Source of the DNA: Octopus bimaculoides
Lineage: Eukaryota
Direction of reading: 5' to 3'
Assembly: GCF_001194135.2 (NCBI RefSeq)
Contig: NC_068992.1
Span: 53,239,702 to 53,294,933 of the forward strand
DNA length: 55,232 nucleotides
Under the pieces are notes generated by a model that was given only the letters and a program-made list of their open reading frames with translations, was not told the origin of the DNA and searched no databases. The translations under genes and the position numbers were made by a program. Shown piece by piece: positions 11,869 to 24,269 of this stretch; the first letter of the stretch is position 1; the number at the start of each line of letters is the position of its first letter.

Positions 11869-12863
11869 TTGTTAAGCGTTCGTCTTAAAATAAAATTATA
11901 TTACACTTCCCTATTAGCGTTTTATTTGTTTTGTTTTTTTTTGCATTCACTCACTCCTTAAATGTTTCTATTTCTGTTATAAACTATCCATGTAATAAAT
12001 ACGTTAACATTAAATTAACAATTCTACACTCAGACTTCAGCTGACCTGGATGTTGACAATTGATCTTACATTAAATTGCGACATAAAAATTGTCGAAATA
12101 TCACTACAATATCAGTTTGTCGCAGCTAAAAGGTTATATATGTTCGTCTGGGATGGTGTGTAATTCTTAGATTGGCCTTAGGTTAGTCTGTTAGTCTGGA
12201 TTTAATATTGTCATTTTAGTAATGACGCCAGACGAAAATTAAGTAAGTCTCCAAATGTGAGGACATTTTTAGAAAATAACGAGATATATATTTTATTTAT
12301 TATGGAATTATATCATAAGCAATAATTATACTTGATGCCTTTCCCTGCCATCGTTGTTGTTGTCGCAGAACTTGCAGGAGAAGCAATTACATTATTTAAT
12401 TTATTGTTCTTATTAAATGTTATATTTGACAATATGTGTCTACACCATTGAAATTACTTCATCTAATTTTTCTACAAAAAAAGTCATATGTCTGGATAGG
12501 GATTGTCGGTTTAGTGCTATGGCGAATATGTTTAGTTTGTCACTAGGGGTGGAATTGAATGCAATTTCGTCAGATAAAAACAGAAGTTAAGTTTCGGTCT
12601 GAAGTTATAAAACTATGGATTCATTAGTCTTTGTAGTCGTTTTAAATATCGTAAACGATACGTTTTATAGGCTTTGTTCGTGACATACGTTCAAATAAAA
12701 TAGGTGCGTTACATTTCTTTATACAGTCCTCGTCGTATAGTTACATATTTCGCTTCGCAAATAGCTAGTTTCAGGTTCAATCCCACAGACAGACAAGTTT
12801 CAAAAGTCACCTACCAATAAGACAAAGGACAAGCTTTTTGTCTGGAGTAAGAGGACAGTCTTG

Positions 12864-12896
12864 GACACGTGTTTCTCGTTCAGTAACCGTCATCAG
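12864..12896 (-). ncRNA. Minimal (PLE-type) hammerhead ribozyme motif, core intact, stems degraded
   Basis: Minus strand reads CTGATGA-c-GGTT-actg-AACG-a-GAAA-CACGTG-TC: full core, palindromic stem III ACACGTGT and a GUC triplet. The outer stem II pair is mismatched and there is no proximal stem I. Confidence 0.55.
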
Positions 12897-12919
12897 TACC
12901 TCACTTGCTTGGCCTTCTT

Positions 12920-13879
12920 CCCAAGCGTTCGGGAAGACCACGAACATTGACAACCCCCACGAACCAAGAAGGAGTGCTAGAAACGTATCACCAATGTCCA
13001 AGAAAATCTATGCGGCAAGCGAGTCATGAGGTAGGTATGTCAAAATCGTCTGTCCAACCCATTTTGAAGCGTTGTCAATGGAAACGTTACGTTCCAAGAT
13101 TAGTCCATGCTACTAATGATGATGATCCAGACCAAAGAATGCAGTATTGCGAGTGGCACTCGGCATGATGTGTAGAAGATGCACACTTTCCAACAAAGGT
13201 TGTGTGGAATGATGAGGCCACATTCAAATTAAATGTTTCAATTACCCGCGAAAATTGCACCTACTTGGGACCTGAGGATCTTCATGTTATGGTGGAACAC
13301 CATGTTAATTTACCAGGAGCTACAGTGTGGTATCGCTTATCATCAAGAGGATTAATTGAACCGTTCTTTTTTTATGTTACTATGAACTTGCTACAACAAT
13401 CTGTCATGCCAAGCATTAGAGAAGACTTTGATGATGAGTAGTTTTGTTTTCAGCAGGATGGGACACCGCCACACTACCATCGCTATGTTAGATCCTTCCT
13501 TGATGATATTTTGTCAAACGGGGGGAATTGGACGAAGGGGTTACGTTGAATACCCTCTACATTCACTGGACCTCACACCACTAGACTTTTTTATGGAGAT
13601 ACACTATGAAAGCTGCAACAGTCACTGATTTGAGAGCAACCACTGAACGAGAATGGTCAGAAATACCAAACGAATTGTTTCATGATGTTTGCGATTGCAT
13701 TGCTTCGCGCTGTCAGCAGTGCCTGGACAAGAACGGACGTCAGTTTGAAAACAGGCATCGACAAAACAATAAAATAATGTCTGTACATTCTATTAAATTT
13801 TGAAAACGAAACGTATTTTAATAAACACCTACTTTACAATTATCTTAAGTGTGTATACACTATTTTGTGACACCCTGTA
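12920..13879 (+). mobile_element. 5'-truncated rosa-like (DD41D) Tc1/mariner transposon with 3' TIR
   Basis: Reads [19 protein letters not shown]...[25 protein letters not shown] (from 12923), [11 protein letters not shown] (D at 13211), FQQDGTPPH (D at 13457) and IGRRGYVEYPLHSLDLTPLDFF (D at 13584). There are 41 residues between the last two D after removing one extra G at about 13520. The end ...CACTATTTTGTGACACCCTG plus TA (13878-13879) has reverse complement CAGGGTGTCAC. Confidence 0.9.
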
Positions 13880-13920
13880 TGTATAAATATATAATTGTGT
13901 AACGTTATACAGCCGATATC

Positions 13921-13965
<45 letters not shown>

Positions 13966-14433
13966 ATATACACGCATGAATAGGTATACACAAACATACC
14001 TCCGAAAGCAAATACATATTGTTCACGTCATCATGACTTTATAACTTTCCAGAAAGCGTGAAATAATTCTTTTATTTGAATAACTCAAAGCACACAGATA
14101 AATGTATAGATAATGGCGTGTATATCCCAGGTTGAAAAACTGTTTAGGATTAAACTTTTTCTATATATATTAGGTTTTCAAATCATCATTTTGGAGATAT
14201 TTCTATGTTTTATCTCTATCTCTCTCTCTCCCGATTTCTTTCTGTATCTCACCCTTTCTCTCTTTCTCATTTTTTTTCTGTATCTCCCTCTCCCCCTCTC
14301 TGACTCTCTCTCTCTCTCTCTCTCTCCTTATATATATGTGTGTGTTATATATACATATGCATAAGTATATGTACGTATGTTTATACACACATAAAACATA
14401 TAAACGTCTCATCTTTTACAAATAAATTAAATA

Positions 14434-14595
14434 GGCGCAGGAGTAGCTGTGTGGTAAATAGCTTGCTCACAGACCACATGCAGCTGGGTTCAGTCCCACT
14501 GCGTGACACCTTGAGCAAGTGTCCTTTTCTATAGCCTCGGGCCGACCAAAGCTTTGTGGGTGGATGTGGTAGACGGAAACTGAAAGAAGCCCGTC

Positions 14596-14645
<50 letters not shown>

Positions 14646-14860
14646 ATGTGTGTGTGTTTGTTTCTCCCCCTACCATCGCTTGAGAACCGATGCTGGTGTG
14701 TTTACGTTCCCGTAACTTAGCGGTTCGACAAAGAGAGACCGATAGAATAAGTACTAGGCTTACAAAGAATAAGTCCTAGGGTCAATTTGTTCGACTAAAG
14801 GCAGTGCTCCAGCATGGCTGCGGTCAAATAACTAAAATAATTAAAAGAGTAAAAAAAAAG
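14434..14860 (+). mobile_element. Full-length tRNA-derived SINE family A (CORE-like body, internal (TG)n)
   Basis: A-box-like TAGCTGTGTGGTAA, B-box-like GGTTCAGTCC, CORE-like CACCTTGAGCAAGT, central (TG)n, then ...GACTAAAGGCAGTGCTCCAGCATGGC... and an AAAAGAGT-type tail. It resembles Octopus OR-type SINEs (from recall). Confidence 0.93.
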
Positions 14861-15143
14861 AATCAGAGAAATTGAGTCTAGATGGAAACAATGTTGAAGA
14901 TAGCTGATGAAGACGACGACGATGATCAAGATGAGTGTGATACTACTAATGAATATGATGATGTGGAGAAGGAGAAGGAAGAGGTGGATTATGATGACGT
15001 GAGGAGCAGGAAGAGGAGGATGAGCCGGTGGAGGCGGAGGATTGTATTGGTAATGATGGTGATAATTTTAATGGTCTTAAAATGATTTATTTATCGTGAA
15101 CATGAGAAACTTGAAATTAAAAGTAAAATAAAATAAGTATATA

Positions 15144-15296
15144 GGCGTAGGAGTGGCTGTGTGGTAAGTAGCTTGCTTACCAACCACATGGTCCCGGGTT
15201 CAGTCCCACTGCGTGGCAACTTGGGCAAGTGTCTTCTACTATAGCCTCGGGCTGACCAAAGCCTTGTGAGTGGATGGAAACTGAAAGAGGCCCGTC

Positions 15297-15340
<44 letters not shown>

Positions 15341-15555
15341 TTGTGTGTCTGTGTTTGTCCCCCCAACATCGCTTGACAACCGATGTTGGTGTGTTTATGT
15401 TCCCGTAACTTAGCGGTTCAGCAAAATAGACCAATAGAATAAGTACTAGGCTTCCAAAGAATAAGTCCTGGGGTCGATTTGCTCGACTAAAGGCGGTGCT
15501 CCAGCATGGCCACAGTCAACAGCCTGAAACAAGTAAAATAGTAAAATAGTAAATA
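15144..15555 (+). mobile_element. Full-length SINE family A, second copy
   Basis: Collinear with 14434-14860. The centre is (TA)n(TG)n and the tail is GAAACAAGTAAAATAGTAAAATAG. Confidence 0.93.
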
Positions 15556-16272
15556 GTATAAAATATAGAAGTTTTGCTCTGCAAAGAACATTCGAAACAA
15601 CTCTGATCTGAAGTCTAGTTATTGTGATGTGTTTCGACTGTTTTGCCAAGCCTGTTCTTGGTCAGGCACCGTGTAATCCCCCAAGTCTTAACTGCAAAAG
15701 AAATTGAAGAATACGCTAGAAGCGAAGTTAAACCCGCTTTAGAGACCTAATAGTTGTTATTGCCCACAGGGAAATAGGAGCAGCCGACATGTGTGAAAAA
15801 AAAATGTCAGAAAAAAAAAAAAATAATTAACAAACATTTACGAACGACTCTAGAAAGGAAGAAAGAAAGAAAACAAAAAACAACAATGAAAATAAGAAGA
15901 AAGCAAAAACGATGAAATCTTTGATGGGGGTAGAGAGTGAAGGAATAAACCACACACACACACACAGACACTCACACATATTCGCACAAACGTACGCACG
16001 CTCATACACATGCGCGCAGGCGCACTGAGAGAGACTCACTCACGTACTCAGAGAAATACGAACATATACAGGCATACACAGAAATACAAACAGAAGTGAA
16101 AATATATATTAAAAAAAAATCTAAAGCACATACGTATAAAAAGCAGCCACAAGCAAGCATGGGCGTACAAAAATAAAGCAAAACAAAAACGTATAGAAAA
16201 CATATCACTCATACAAAACAAAAGTAGAAGTTTAAAAAGCTAACTTACACGTACGTTCACCCATACATATAT

Positions 16273-16920
16273 CTACACAGGAATAAAAAGTATATGGTAA
16301 GGGAGAGAAAGACAGAGAGGCTGTGTGTGAGAGAGAAAGTGGAAGAGCGATATAGTAAAGAGAGGGCCTCTATGGGTAACAGACGTAGACTGACAGAGAT
16401 GAAAGGATGAGAGGGAATATCTGAGAGCGAGTGTGAGAGAGACTAACACAGAGATAGGGGGTAAAGAATGCCAGAATGACAGGGACAGAAGTGAAGGAGA
16501 AAGAGTGGTAGAAAGTGATAAAGAAATAGTAAAAGAAAGAAGAGAAACATTGGCAGAGGGAAAAGAAGAGAGAGAGAGAGAGAGAGAGTAACTGAAAAGG
16601 AAGAGAGTGAAATATAGAAAAGAGGGAAGTAAATAACAGAGAGAGGAGAGACGAGAGAGATTCTTAGAGAGTGGAAGAGAAAACAAGGAGAGTGGTGAGA
16701 GTGAGAAAGAGAGAGAGAGGGGAAGAAATGGAAAAGAATGACATCCCATAGAGAGTTTTTGAGGTATCTAGAGAGAGGAAGATGCGAAAGTGGCGGGGCA
16801 GAGAATAGAATTCGAAAACTATAGCGAAACCCAAGGAAAGCGTAAGGCAGCCAGAAGAAGTGAAAGACAAGGAGAGACGGAACAGAGAACGAGAGGGGGA
16901 AAAATAGCATTTCTGCACTT
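16273..16920. repeat. Purine-rich (GA-rich) low-complexity tract
   Basis: About 650 bp of degenerate GA/GAAA repeats. It accounts for the Leu/Ser/Phe-rich minus-strand ORFs in the track. Confidence 0.9.
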
Positions 16921-17772
16921 ATAAAATAAATGAGAAAAAAATATGTAAAAAATAAAATAGGCTAAGAACGAAAAATGAAACGAAAAATGAGAAAATAACG
17001 AGTTGAAGTGTGAAAGGAAAATGAAGGAAAATGGGTAGTGGCGTGTTGAATAAACAAATAAATGATATAAGTTACAATAAAGGAAATATAAGCCATTTTG
17101 TCAGCAATTAAGAAGCAAACACTGAAATAACTTAAAAATAACGATAAAAGATAAGGAAAGTGTTCACCATTTTGAATGAATGCCTGGTATGTCAATGTAT
17201 GTGTCGGCGTGCGTAAGTTCCTGTTTGTTTCGTACTGTTAGCAGGAGTGCAAGATAAGACACATACACACGAATGCATAGGCGGATGAATATGTGAGTCT
17301 AATGTATGTATACATATATATGTATATATATATATATATATNNNNNNNNNNNNNNNNNNNNNNNNNNNNNNNNNNNNNNNNNNNNNNNNNNNNNNNNNNN
17401 NNNNNNNNNNNNNNNNNNNNNNNNNNNNNNNNNNNNNNNNNNNNNNNNNNNNNNNNNNNNNNNNNNNNNNNNNNNNNNNNNNNNNNNNNNNNNNNNNNNN
17501 NNNNNNNNNNNNNNNNNNNNNNNNNNNNNNNNNNNNNNNNNNNNNNNNNNNNNNNNNNNNNNNNNNNNNNNNNNNNNNNNNNNNNNNNNNNNNNNNNNNN
17601 NNNNNNNNNNNNNNNNNNNNNNNNNNNNNNNNNNNNNNNNNNNNNNNNNNNNNNNNNNNNNNNNNNNNNNNNNNNNNNNNNNNNNNNNNNNNNNNNNNNN
17701 NNNNNNNNNNNNNNNNNNNNNNNNNNNNNNNNNNNNNNNNNNNNNNNNNNNNNNNNNNNNNNNNNNNNNNNN

Positions 17773-17805
<33 letters not shown>

Positions 17806-18340
17806 CATGGTATGTGTGCGTGCATATATATATATATATATATATATATGCAGAGAGAGAAAGAAAGCTAGAGAGAGACAGACAGACACACAGACAGACA
17901 GACAGATATATAAAAATACTGATATAGATATACATGTGAAACTACATACATTAAAACGTTTGTATCGGTGTATACGTGCGTACGTTAGACGCAATTGCCA
18001 CAAAGCGTTTGTTTACCACTTTTCCAAGCAAAAATAATTTCAATTAATAAAGAACTTACATTTAATGGTATTTAATGTATCTTTATTGGTCTTTTGTGTC
18101 CCTATTCATGCCACAGGCTACTCTGATTTGTTTACTTGTTTACCTTAGTTCATTATGTATCAAAATTTTACATCTCTCTCCACACACCTACACACACACG
18201 CATACACGCATACACGCTCGCAAACACATGTATATGTGTGTAGGTATGCATATATATATATATATATATATATACATGCATATATACATACACAACATAT
18301 ACATGCATGTATTTATATCTATTTGCATACACACAAAAAC

Positions 18341-18374
<34 letters not shown>

Positions 18375-20089
18375 GTATGTATATATNNNNNNNNNNNNNN
18401 NNNNNNNNNNNNNNNNNNNNNNNNNNNNNNNNNNNNNNNNNNNNNNNNNNNNNNNNNNNNNNNNNNNNNNNNNNNNNNNNNNNNNNNNNNNNNNNNNNNN
18501 NNNNNNNNNNNNNNNNNNNNNNNNNNNNNNNNNNNNNNNNNNNNNNNNNNNNNNNNNNNNNNNNNNNNNNNNNNNNNNNNNNNNNNNNNNNNNNNNNNNN
18601 NNNNNNNNNNNNNNNNNNNNNNNNNNNNNNNNNNNNNNNNNNNNNNNNCACACACACACACACGCGCGCACACACACATATATATATACATACATACACA
18701 CTCACACACATACACGAACACACACACGTATATGAAATTAATAGTAGTAAGGGAAGAGAAATTTAAGGAAGAGAAAAGAGGTTGACTGAAGCGGAGACAG
18801 ACAGACTGATAGACATAACATGGAAACTAGATGGTAATGGTATACATAAGCACATGAAAACTGCACTGCTAAGTACACTGTTGGAGAGAAGATATTACAT
18901 GATCTAGGCGAATATCTGTCTCCTTCTGTCATACACATGTTTGTGAGAATGTGTCTGAGTATATATATGCATGCATATACACTTCCGAGCTTGCATGTAA
19001 GAGTAAACGTCGTAGTGTCTATGTCTGTTTCTATGTCAAGTCTGCCTTATTTCTAAATTGCTGACAAAGGATTACTCGACAGGTGATAAATGAGGAAATA
19101 TATAAATGTTTGCGATTATATACCTAAATCTACATATGTTTGTATTTTGATATCTAGGCGTTTGCAAATGTGTAACCATGTTCGTTTGTTTGTTTTAATC
19201 GAACTGGTAGATTGTAATACCATTGAGTATATAAGTCAATAGAGTATTCAATATACGCCAGCGTATTCATCCTGTAATCTGCCACTCAGTGTAAGAACAA
19301 TAAATTTTGCAAGAAAATTTTAACACACGGTATACATTTATTAAGCTGATGCTAAATCATTGATTATACTATTTAATCCCAACTGTGTTCGGTCAAGTGC
19401 ACTATACAATATTGCAATGAATTATATATGACCAGTTTTTAAAATGAAAACTTACGATCTAAAAATTGGTTAGTAAAAAGTTGCTTCGTTATATAGTATA
19501 AGCATGTGAAAGTAGTGATTCTACTTGACTTTGTGAAACCTTGTCACAAAACACATCATCGCATATATGCACATTCGTAGTCCTTATATAAGTGAAAATC
19601 AGTTAAGATATAAACTGGTCAAATATTATTACGAAAAGAATGGACATGATTAGTGTTCCAGAGTGTTATAAATCGATTCTTCCTATGGAGTCCTTTGTTT
19701 ATACTATTAAGAAACTTACAAACGGATAGCTGAAAAATGTGTATTTGAGTCAAGTTAATATACTTAAAATATAGATGTCTCTACGTATTCGCTCGACCGG
19801 TAAGAATATCTGATGAATTTCCCGTAAATCACGCTCAGCCTTTTTAATCAAGACAGAAATCCCTGGGTAACTTACTCCTAGATATGCAAGTAGTTGTGGT
19901 TCGTAGTTGAGTGTATCGCGTCATATATTAGCTATATCAACGAAAGCATTGAGTCACGATATTTGCAAACCCGAAAAGTCTGCTGTCAGTAAGTCGCTAC
20001 ACAAAACATTAAAGTTCCACTAGGTCTAAGGGGAAACTGATCCCTTGAAAGTCAACAGATGCAAGGTTACTGAAGTTCCTAGATTTGCT

Positions 20090-20380
20090 TTTAAGAAAAC
20101 TTTTTCTTTTAATGTTCCTTGAAACATTTGCACGTGTAGCAGAAATACTGTGCTACGGATATGAAATGGAAAAGTACCACAGCGAGTTTCCTTTCTTCGA
20201 TGGAAAAGTACTGCAAAGAGAAGCAAATGTATTCTCCACTTCACTATGAGTGTTCCAACGAATTTCTAAAAACAGTTTTCGTATAACCTTATCGTAAACC
20301 ATTAAACAGATGCAACCCTACTGAACAGAACCGCAATGGTAACATTAAAAATCACTCTCCCGTACAACCCAGGTTTATAT
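20090..20380 (+). mobile_element. Possible Penelope-like RT C-terminal remnant
   Basis: NVP*N, then after a frameshift FARVAEILC, resembles IPYSQFxRxRRIC. ITLPYNPGL (about 20350-20378) resembles the PLE motif xLPYxPGL. The match is weak. Confidence 0.3.
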
Positions 20381-20767
20381 TAAATCACATGCCTATACAT
20401 CCTCATATAACATCGGCCTACCAATGGCTTGAATTGTGTCCAGATTCACACCTACAATAATTTGAGCGGAACATCTACCGCCACATGTTAATCGAGGGCA
20501 TTTTGTATATTTTCTCTACGGTCGCAACAAGAATATAAGTTAGGGCATATATCGTCTGCATAGCATACGATTGATCATATTGGAGAGTATATTACCGTCC
20601 TTATTTAGCTACAGATATAATAAGCCTCTGATGCGGATAAGTTTAATAACTGAGTTGAATACGTTTAAACGATAAGATAGTTTATCACAGGTACCCTGGA
20701 GCTAAGCATGAACAATGAGTGTACGTCTGTGTGTGTGTGCGTCTGCCCGTCTGTGTGTGTGTATGCG

Positions 20768-20820
<53 letters not shown>

Positions 20821-21180
20821 AAATGCTTCCGATTAAGATATGAGGACGAGGATGAGTATGGAGTTCGAGAAATTTACTTCTATGGAAGCAATGGCAGCGG
20901 CGGCGGTAATTATGGTGGTGCTTGTGATGGTGTCATTCTGGTGTTGGCGATGGTTTGGTGAAAGGGGTGGAAATGACAGTCGGGGTGTTTCTTTATCATG
21001 ATGATGTTGATGACGATGATGAGGATCACAATGATAATGAGCAGAAGAGAAAGACCAGGAGAAGAAGGAGAAAGAGCAGAAGAGAAAATCTGGTCGTTGG
21101 AAAGAGTACAATATAACTTCGAACTCGTATTGATTGAGATATATATATGATAACAATACAACTGGATGTGGAAAATTAAT

Positions 21181-21227
21181 TTTGCTATTACATACTCTAC
21201 GTCAGACATGCGCATTGGTACACAAAG
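21181..21227 (+). repeat. 47-bp direct copy of 22095-22141
   Basis: TTTGCTATTACATACTCtAcGTCAGACATGCGCATTGGTaCAcAAAG against the copy at 22095: 43/47 identical. Confidence 0.85.
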
Positions 21228-22039
21228 AAAAATGTTTAAATGAATGAATACAAACGCATACATATTTAAAAATACATCCTCGATCAAATGTATGTAACCT
21301 TAAAAATGCACTTGTGTCATCTTTCTTTCTTGAAATCAAATCATTTTTTTTTTGTATTCAGATTTTAAGAAATGAAATAAAGAATTTATGTTTATTCATA
21401 ACGAAGATTAATAATCGATATTTTTCATATTCATATCTTTTTAGACGTTGTCTTAATCAGTTTAATCAAAATATCACCAAAATATTTCCTGTTTTTTTTT
21501 TGTTTGTCGTTTGCTTGTTTGTGTTTCTGTTGTTTTTTTTTTTTTAATAATGACTTCTTTCATTGACCTTTGACATTATGAACTGCCATAAATTTTGCAT
21601 TACGCCCCTATCTGGATAGTGTTTTGTGCCAAATCAATGTTTCTTCTCTTCGATCTTGGAACGTAGTCTTCACTACGTTGTTTGAAAAATAACGTTAGTA
21701 TTTATTGCAAGTCAAAAATGAGTTACTGCTGTTATTTTTCTAGTTGTTGTATGCTTCCGAGTCGACTCTGGCCAAGCATGCAAACTTTTGATGCAAAAAC
21801 TATCTAAATCTCTGGACAATAGATAAATTCTATCACATGTGAATTGCAAGCTCTACGTCTAATGACTGCATGTCAAGTAAGTCGAAGTGTGCAATAATAC
21901 TGAGTCAGATGTAATATTACTGGGATTATTAGTCTGATGTTGTCTCAAGTCATTGGGCTGAAAAATTCTGATCATGCAGATGCTCATTGCATTGGCTCAT
22001 ATGTTTCATTTCATTGCCGCCTATTCTTGACTCTCTATA

Positions 22040-23150
22040 GCAAAGGCCAGGCCTTAGGCATGTGAACCATCTCCAAGTCCTTCACCGCCACAGTTTTGCT
22101 ATTACATACTCCATGTCAGACATGCGCATTGGTGCATAAAGGACACCTACGGTGACCAGACTTGGAATGGATACGGGATGATTTCCCGTTAATTTCTCTC
22201 TGCAGATGAACTTTTACCTCGGTATGTGGAGCGCTGCAAGATATTCCGTAAAACATTTCTGCGCACGGATCAACAATTCTGCCACACTCCCACCCGTATA
22301 TCAACGTGATATAAAGTGTTTTCCTCAAGAACAAAGAGCACAACGAGGGCTTTGTCCAGGAATCTACTGCATTCTAGTAATAGTGAGTTCAACACCCTAC
22401 CCACAAGACTATGCGCCTTCACATATCATTAACAAGCTTTATTAAACAGCATATTATTGATATTGTGACATTTTTGCTGCACGTTATATATGATTCAAAA
22501 CACTTCCTGTACAAAATAGAGCTACGATATTAAGACGCCATCTTCACACGTAATTTTCTGATCTTACTCAGTTTAACATTTATCATTTTCAGAAATGAAC
22601 CTCAACCATCAAGTTTAGAATACATTTAACTGATTCAAATCGATTTAACAATAGCTTCGAATGTTGGTAAGCGATATTATTTACAGCCACAAAATATTAC
22701 ATCTAGTTTTTCACAAACTACAAAGCTTATGTGAGATACACAATGGAACGTTACTCTTAAATCTGGTACAATGCTGCTGTTGCACACACATCCATACAGG
22801 CCGCTTCCAGAAGGAGGCCACTTGACTGACTGCCATAAAAAACTCATTCAGCCGTACTAAAGCATTTGCTGTTTCTATTGATATTCTAATAGTCTCCGTT
22901 CCCCGAAGTTGACTAGTTTTGTTCCTTCTTCAGTTTGGAACGCTTGGTCAACTCATATCCACTCACCATATCACTATCGATAAATCACGGCACCCTTCCA
23001 AGTACCGTACTAACCATTAATCCAGTTCATTCTTCCCAGTTGTCATTTCTCTAGAACGCTGGAATCTCCTCTCTACACATGTTCTTCGCACAAGTATTGA
23101 ATTAAAGTTGGTTATATGGAGTATTAAAGAAATTAACTTCACTGGTAACG
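22040..23150 (+). mobile_element. Heavily decayed CR1/Zenon-like LINE (RT and C-terminal region)
   Basis: Collinear motifs across frames: CALVHKG (ALVH at about 22125), DELLPRYVE...TDQQF, NYKAYVRYTMERYS*IW (22716-22766), CCFY*YSNSLRSPKLTSFVP (22864-22926) and KYRTNH*SSSFFP...RWN (23000-23065). These resemble the CR1-Zenon motifs ALVHPIPKKG, LYKAQVRPHMEYCSHIW, CxFYRxYxGxCSxEL and FxPRTxxLWN. Confidence 0.7.
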
Positions 23151-23404
23151 TGAGCCTTTAGAGGTTACATCTATATCCTACTACCGACCCACCCATACAC
23201 TGTTCAGACATTCTAAACTGAAAAGTAAAATATAGCACAGTTAGACTTTCTATTACAGTCTTAAATTGATATTCGCCGTGTGGGAATAAAATGATTTTAT
23301 TTTAAACAAATAATGTAATTCTTTTGCGAGCAAATACTGATTTATATTGTTGGATCTGTAGACATTATAATTTGGTTTCGAGTTAAACGTGTATAAGCCG
23401 ACAT

Positions 23405-23613
23405 ATTGGTTTCAAATTTTGATACAAGAGCAGTCATTATGAGGAGGTGGGGAGTTAGTTACGTCGACCTCAGTAGTAGACTGATACCAATGTTTTCGGC
23501 CCCGAAATAAGGAGAACAAAATCGAACAAGGCGGCGTTTGGACTTGGAAAATAATCTTAGAATATGATACTGCTAATCAGTTTTTTTGCTGTGTCGTAAC
23601 GATTCTGTCAGCT
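23405..23613 (-). mobile_element. tRNA-derived SINE family B, degenerate
   Basis: Reverse complement has the head AGCTGACAGAATCGTTAC, the B-box-like AAGTCCAAACGCCGCC and the tail TATCAAAATTTGAAACCAAT, matching the copy at 52561. Confidence 0.7.
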
Positions 23614-24133
23614 AGAAAATTTTAATGAGCAGACATATTGTCATGAACTTTGCGCTCGTGACCAGTTTGCCGTTTCCGAGATAACTAGGACAAAATAAAA
23701 TATGTCCTTCCCTTCTTCGGTTGAGGTGGGCAGGGTTTTATTCAGTAGAGATGTCGTTACAATTGGTAAATGAGGGACCTTTGTGTTTTTTCCTTTCACG
23801 TTGTCACAGTTTCGAAATTTTGAACTTCCATATTCAGTGTTAGTTTTTTATGAGCACAAAATACATAACGATCTGTGCCCTAAATGACAATTTATAAAAT
23901 GATATCTGATTCATTCACAGATACTTAGAATAAAATAATAGTTTTATCTGATAGAGTCCATCAAGAATTCCAAAAGGAATTCCTCCGTTATCATAGAAAG
24001 ATAAAAATATAAAAGAAAACATTTATACACTAAAATTTACTACAAGACATTTTTTTAAAATCCGTTTTGATATAAATGTATGTGTGGGTGTATATATATG
24101 TGCTTGGGTGTGAGAGCATGTATGTTTGTGATG

Positions 24134-24166
<33 letters not shown>

Positions 24167-24269
24167 AGTGTACATACTCAAATGCACACACACACACATA
24201 TACATACTTATATTTATATAAGCAGGTATATGTGCGTCTGTTTGTGGTGTGTGTATGTATTAAATGGAA

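Noticed and set aside
14882-15085. Acidic/basic ORF METMLKIADEDDDD...
   Set aside because: It is a low-complexity GAT/GAG repeat between two SINEs, of a kind common throughout this window.
16273-16918. Three long hydrophobic minus-strand ORFs
   Set aside because: They are a by-product of the GA-rich tract, which has few stop codons on the CT strand.
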